From the NCBI GenBank assembly GCA_048941265.1, contig JBHLNT010000005.1:10701-74700 (forward strand): a stretch of 64,000 nt of DNA. The letters are read 5' to 3'. Both the position numbers and the translations under genes were made by a program. Below are positions 62,611 through 64,000 of this stretch, piece by piece; positions within the stretch are counted from its first letter, which is position 1; each line of letters begins with the position of its first letter. This stretch comes from Promethearchaeota archaeon (GTDB taxonomy: Archaea > Asgardarchaeota > Lokiarchaeia > Sigyniarchaeales > SOKP01). Below the pieces are notes generated by a model. The model was not told the origin of the DNA. It ran no database searches and worked only from the letters and a program-made list of their open reading frames with translations.

Positions 62611-62907
62611 ATGTCCAAATTTAAAATAATAATTAAAAAGGATTGCTTTTTCTGTGATAAACTTAAGCAATGGCTTGCTGATAAAGATATAGACGTAACT
62701 TTTTTGGATTATTTGGATCCCAAAGATTTTGACGATCCACTGATGAAAAATCAGACATTCTACACCATTTACTGCGATTTTTCGGCCTGTGTTGAATCTA
62801 TACCTATTGTGGTTAAAAATGACAAGGAATTTTATTATGGTGAGATATGGGACCTAGTGAATAATGAGATAATTGAGGAAAAAGCAAAACAAATTTTTGA
62901 AATTTAA
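62611..62907 (+). CDS. Glutaredoxin-like protein
   Basis: N-terminal CFFC; SIPIVV cis-Pro-like motif. Confidence 0.75.
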   Translation: MSKFKIIIKKDCFFCDKLKQWLADKDIDVTFLDYLDPKDFDDPLMKNQTFYTIYCDFSACVESIPIVVKNDKEFYYGEIWDLVNNEIIEEKAKQIFEI

Positions 62908-62949
62908 TTCTTTTTATATCTATATAATATCCTAATATGCTAGAAGAAA

Positions 62950-62969
62950 CGTGAAATGAGTGTTTCACG
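62950..62969. promoter_or_regulatory. Palindromic operator candidate upstream of acyl-CoA dehydrogenase
   Basis: CGTGAAA-N6-TTTCACG. Confidence 0.45.
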
Positions 62970-63086
62970 ATCTTATTAGATAATGTAAAATTAATTTAAA
63001 TGAATACTTCTAGTTTATTTTTAGTAAGGTATTTTTTCCATAGAAGATTAGTTTTCTAAAGAAATTAAAAGGAAAGTGATTTCAAC

Positions 63087-64000
63087 ATGTATGATTATTT
63101 ATTGAGTGAAGAATATAAGAAATTTAAGGAGGAAGTCCGAGAATTTGTAAAAAATGAGATTCCACCCTCATTATTAAGAAAAATGGATAATGATGAAGTT
63201 CAATATCCTGGCGAGTTTGTTAAGGCTTTAGCAAAACAAAATTTAATTGGAATTCGATTTCCAAAAGAATATGGAGGTCGTGGATTAAATTGGGAAGCAG
63301 AAATTATTGCCGAAGAGGAAATCGGAGTACTCGGAAGTTCTCTTGCGTGTTTATTCTCTATAACTAGCATATGTGGAGAAGCATTTCATCATTTTGGGAG
63401 TGAGGACCAAAAACAAAGATATCTTGTACCTCTTTGTGAGGGAAAAAAGTTTTGCGCCGAAGCCCTGACAGAACCTAGAGGAGGATCTGATTTCTTTGGT
63501 GCCACTTGTACAGCAGTAAAAGAGGGTGATCATTACATATTAAATGGTGAAAAAAGGTTTGTGGTAGGTGCCGAAGGGGCTGATTTTTTCTTAGTGTATG
63601 CCAAAACAAATCCTACCGCGCCATCCCATGAATCTTTAAGTCTTTTTGTTGTTGATAGATCTGATGCCGTAGAATCGGCATATATTTATGGATTAATGGG
63701 AACTCGCGGTGGAGGAGCTGGAAGGCTTGTTTTTAAGGATTGTGAGGTTCCAAAAGAAAATATTATATTAAGCGAAGGAGCAGGTGGGAAGATATTTTAC
63801 CAGATGATGGTCCCCGAACGTCTTACTACAGCATCTGGATTGATTGGGCTTGCTAGAGCATGTCATCGAATCGCTACTAAATATAGTACAAAAAGAAAAG
63901 CATTTGGACAAACAATAAATAGATTTGAAGCAGTTAGTTTTATGATAGCTGAAAATTGCACATTATTAGATGCAACTAGAGCAATTGTGTATAACACAGC
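63087..64000 (+). CDS. Acyl-CoA dehydrogenase (3' end runs off the window; absent from ORF track)
   Basis: Manual translation: MYDYLLSEEY...FP.EYGG.G...ALTEPRGGSD...LNGEKRFV...R.AFG. Confidence 0.93.
   Translation, partial: MYDYLLSEEYKKFKEEVREFVKNEIPPSLLRKMDNDEVQYPGEFVKALAKQNLIGIRFPKEYGGRGLNWEAEIIAEEEIGVLGSSLACLFSITSICGEAFHHFGSEDQKQRYLVPLCEGKKFCAEALTEPRGGSDFFGATCTAVKEGDHYILNGEKRFVVGAEGADFFLVYAKTNPTAPSHESLSLFVVDRSDAVESAYIYGLMGTRGGGAGRLVFKDCEVPKENIILSEGAGGKIFYQMMVPERLTTASGLIGLARACHRIATKYSTKRKAFGQTINRFEAVSFMIAENCTLLDATRAIVYNT

Noticed and set aside
1095-63533. Numerous short ORFs antisense to or nested in called genes (e.g. 9006, 13965, 14772, 22680, 34557, 54098, 63351)
   Set aside because: Shadow frames of well-supported genes with no recognisable motifs.
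1-64000. CRISPR arrays, rRNA, transposases or integrases
   Set aside because: None seen by eye; very short or degenerate elements could have been missed.

Overview
Low-GC archaeal chromosome segment. Its gene content (Rpo6, Hef, SRP54, aIF5A, NOB1, FEN1, Cdc48, two Rab-like GTPases, a Roadblock protein) points to an Asgard archaeon, probably Lokiarchaeia/Promethearchaeota; this assignment is inferred. Most of the window is housekeeping and metabolic genes, and I saw no CRISPR array, rRNA or IS element. Main finding: an alpha/beta-hydrolase gene (33831-34496, - strand) is interrupted inside its conserved HPHPQ|FGG motif by a 30-nt insert containing an in-frame stop. The insert folds into a bulge-helix-bulge (BHB) whose canonical cut sites restore the reading frame exactly, so it is a candidate EndA/RtcB-spliced mRNA intron in an Asgard protein-coding gene. 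A tRNA-Val(CAC) in the same window has a similar 31-nt BHB intron at the non-canonical position 44/45. Other findings: an ABC importer whose two ATPases carry complementary degenerations, linked to three DUF47 proteins and a PiT transporter; an unannotated 32-aa membrane peptide at the head of that operon; a DHDPS-aldolase/APH-kinase fusion; a truncated paralog remnant; and two genes that seem to need non-canonical start codons.
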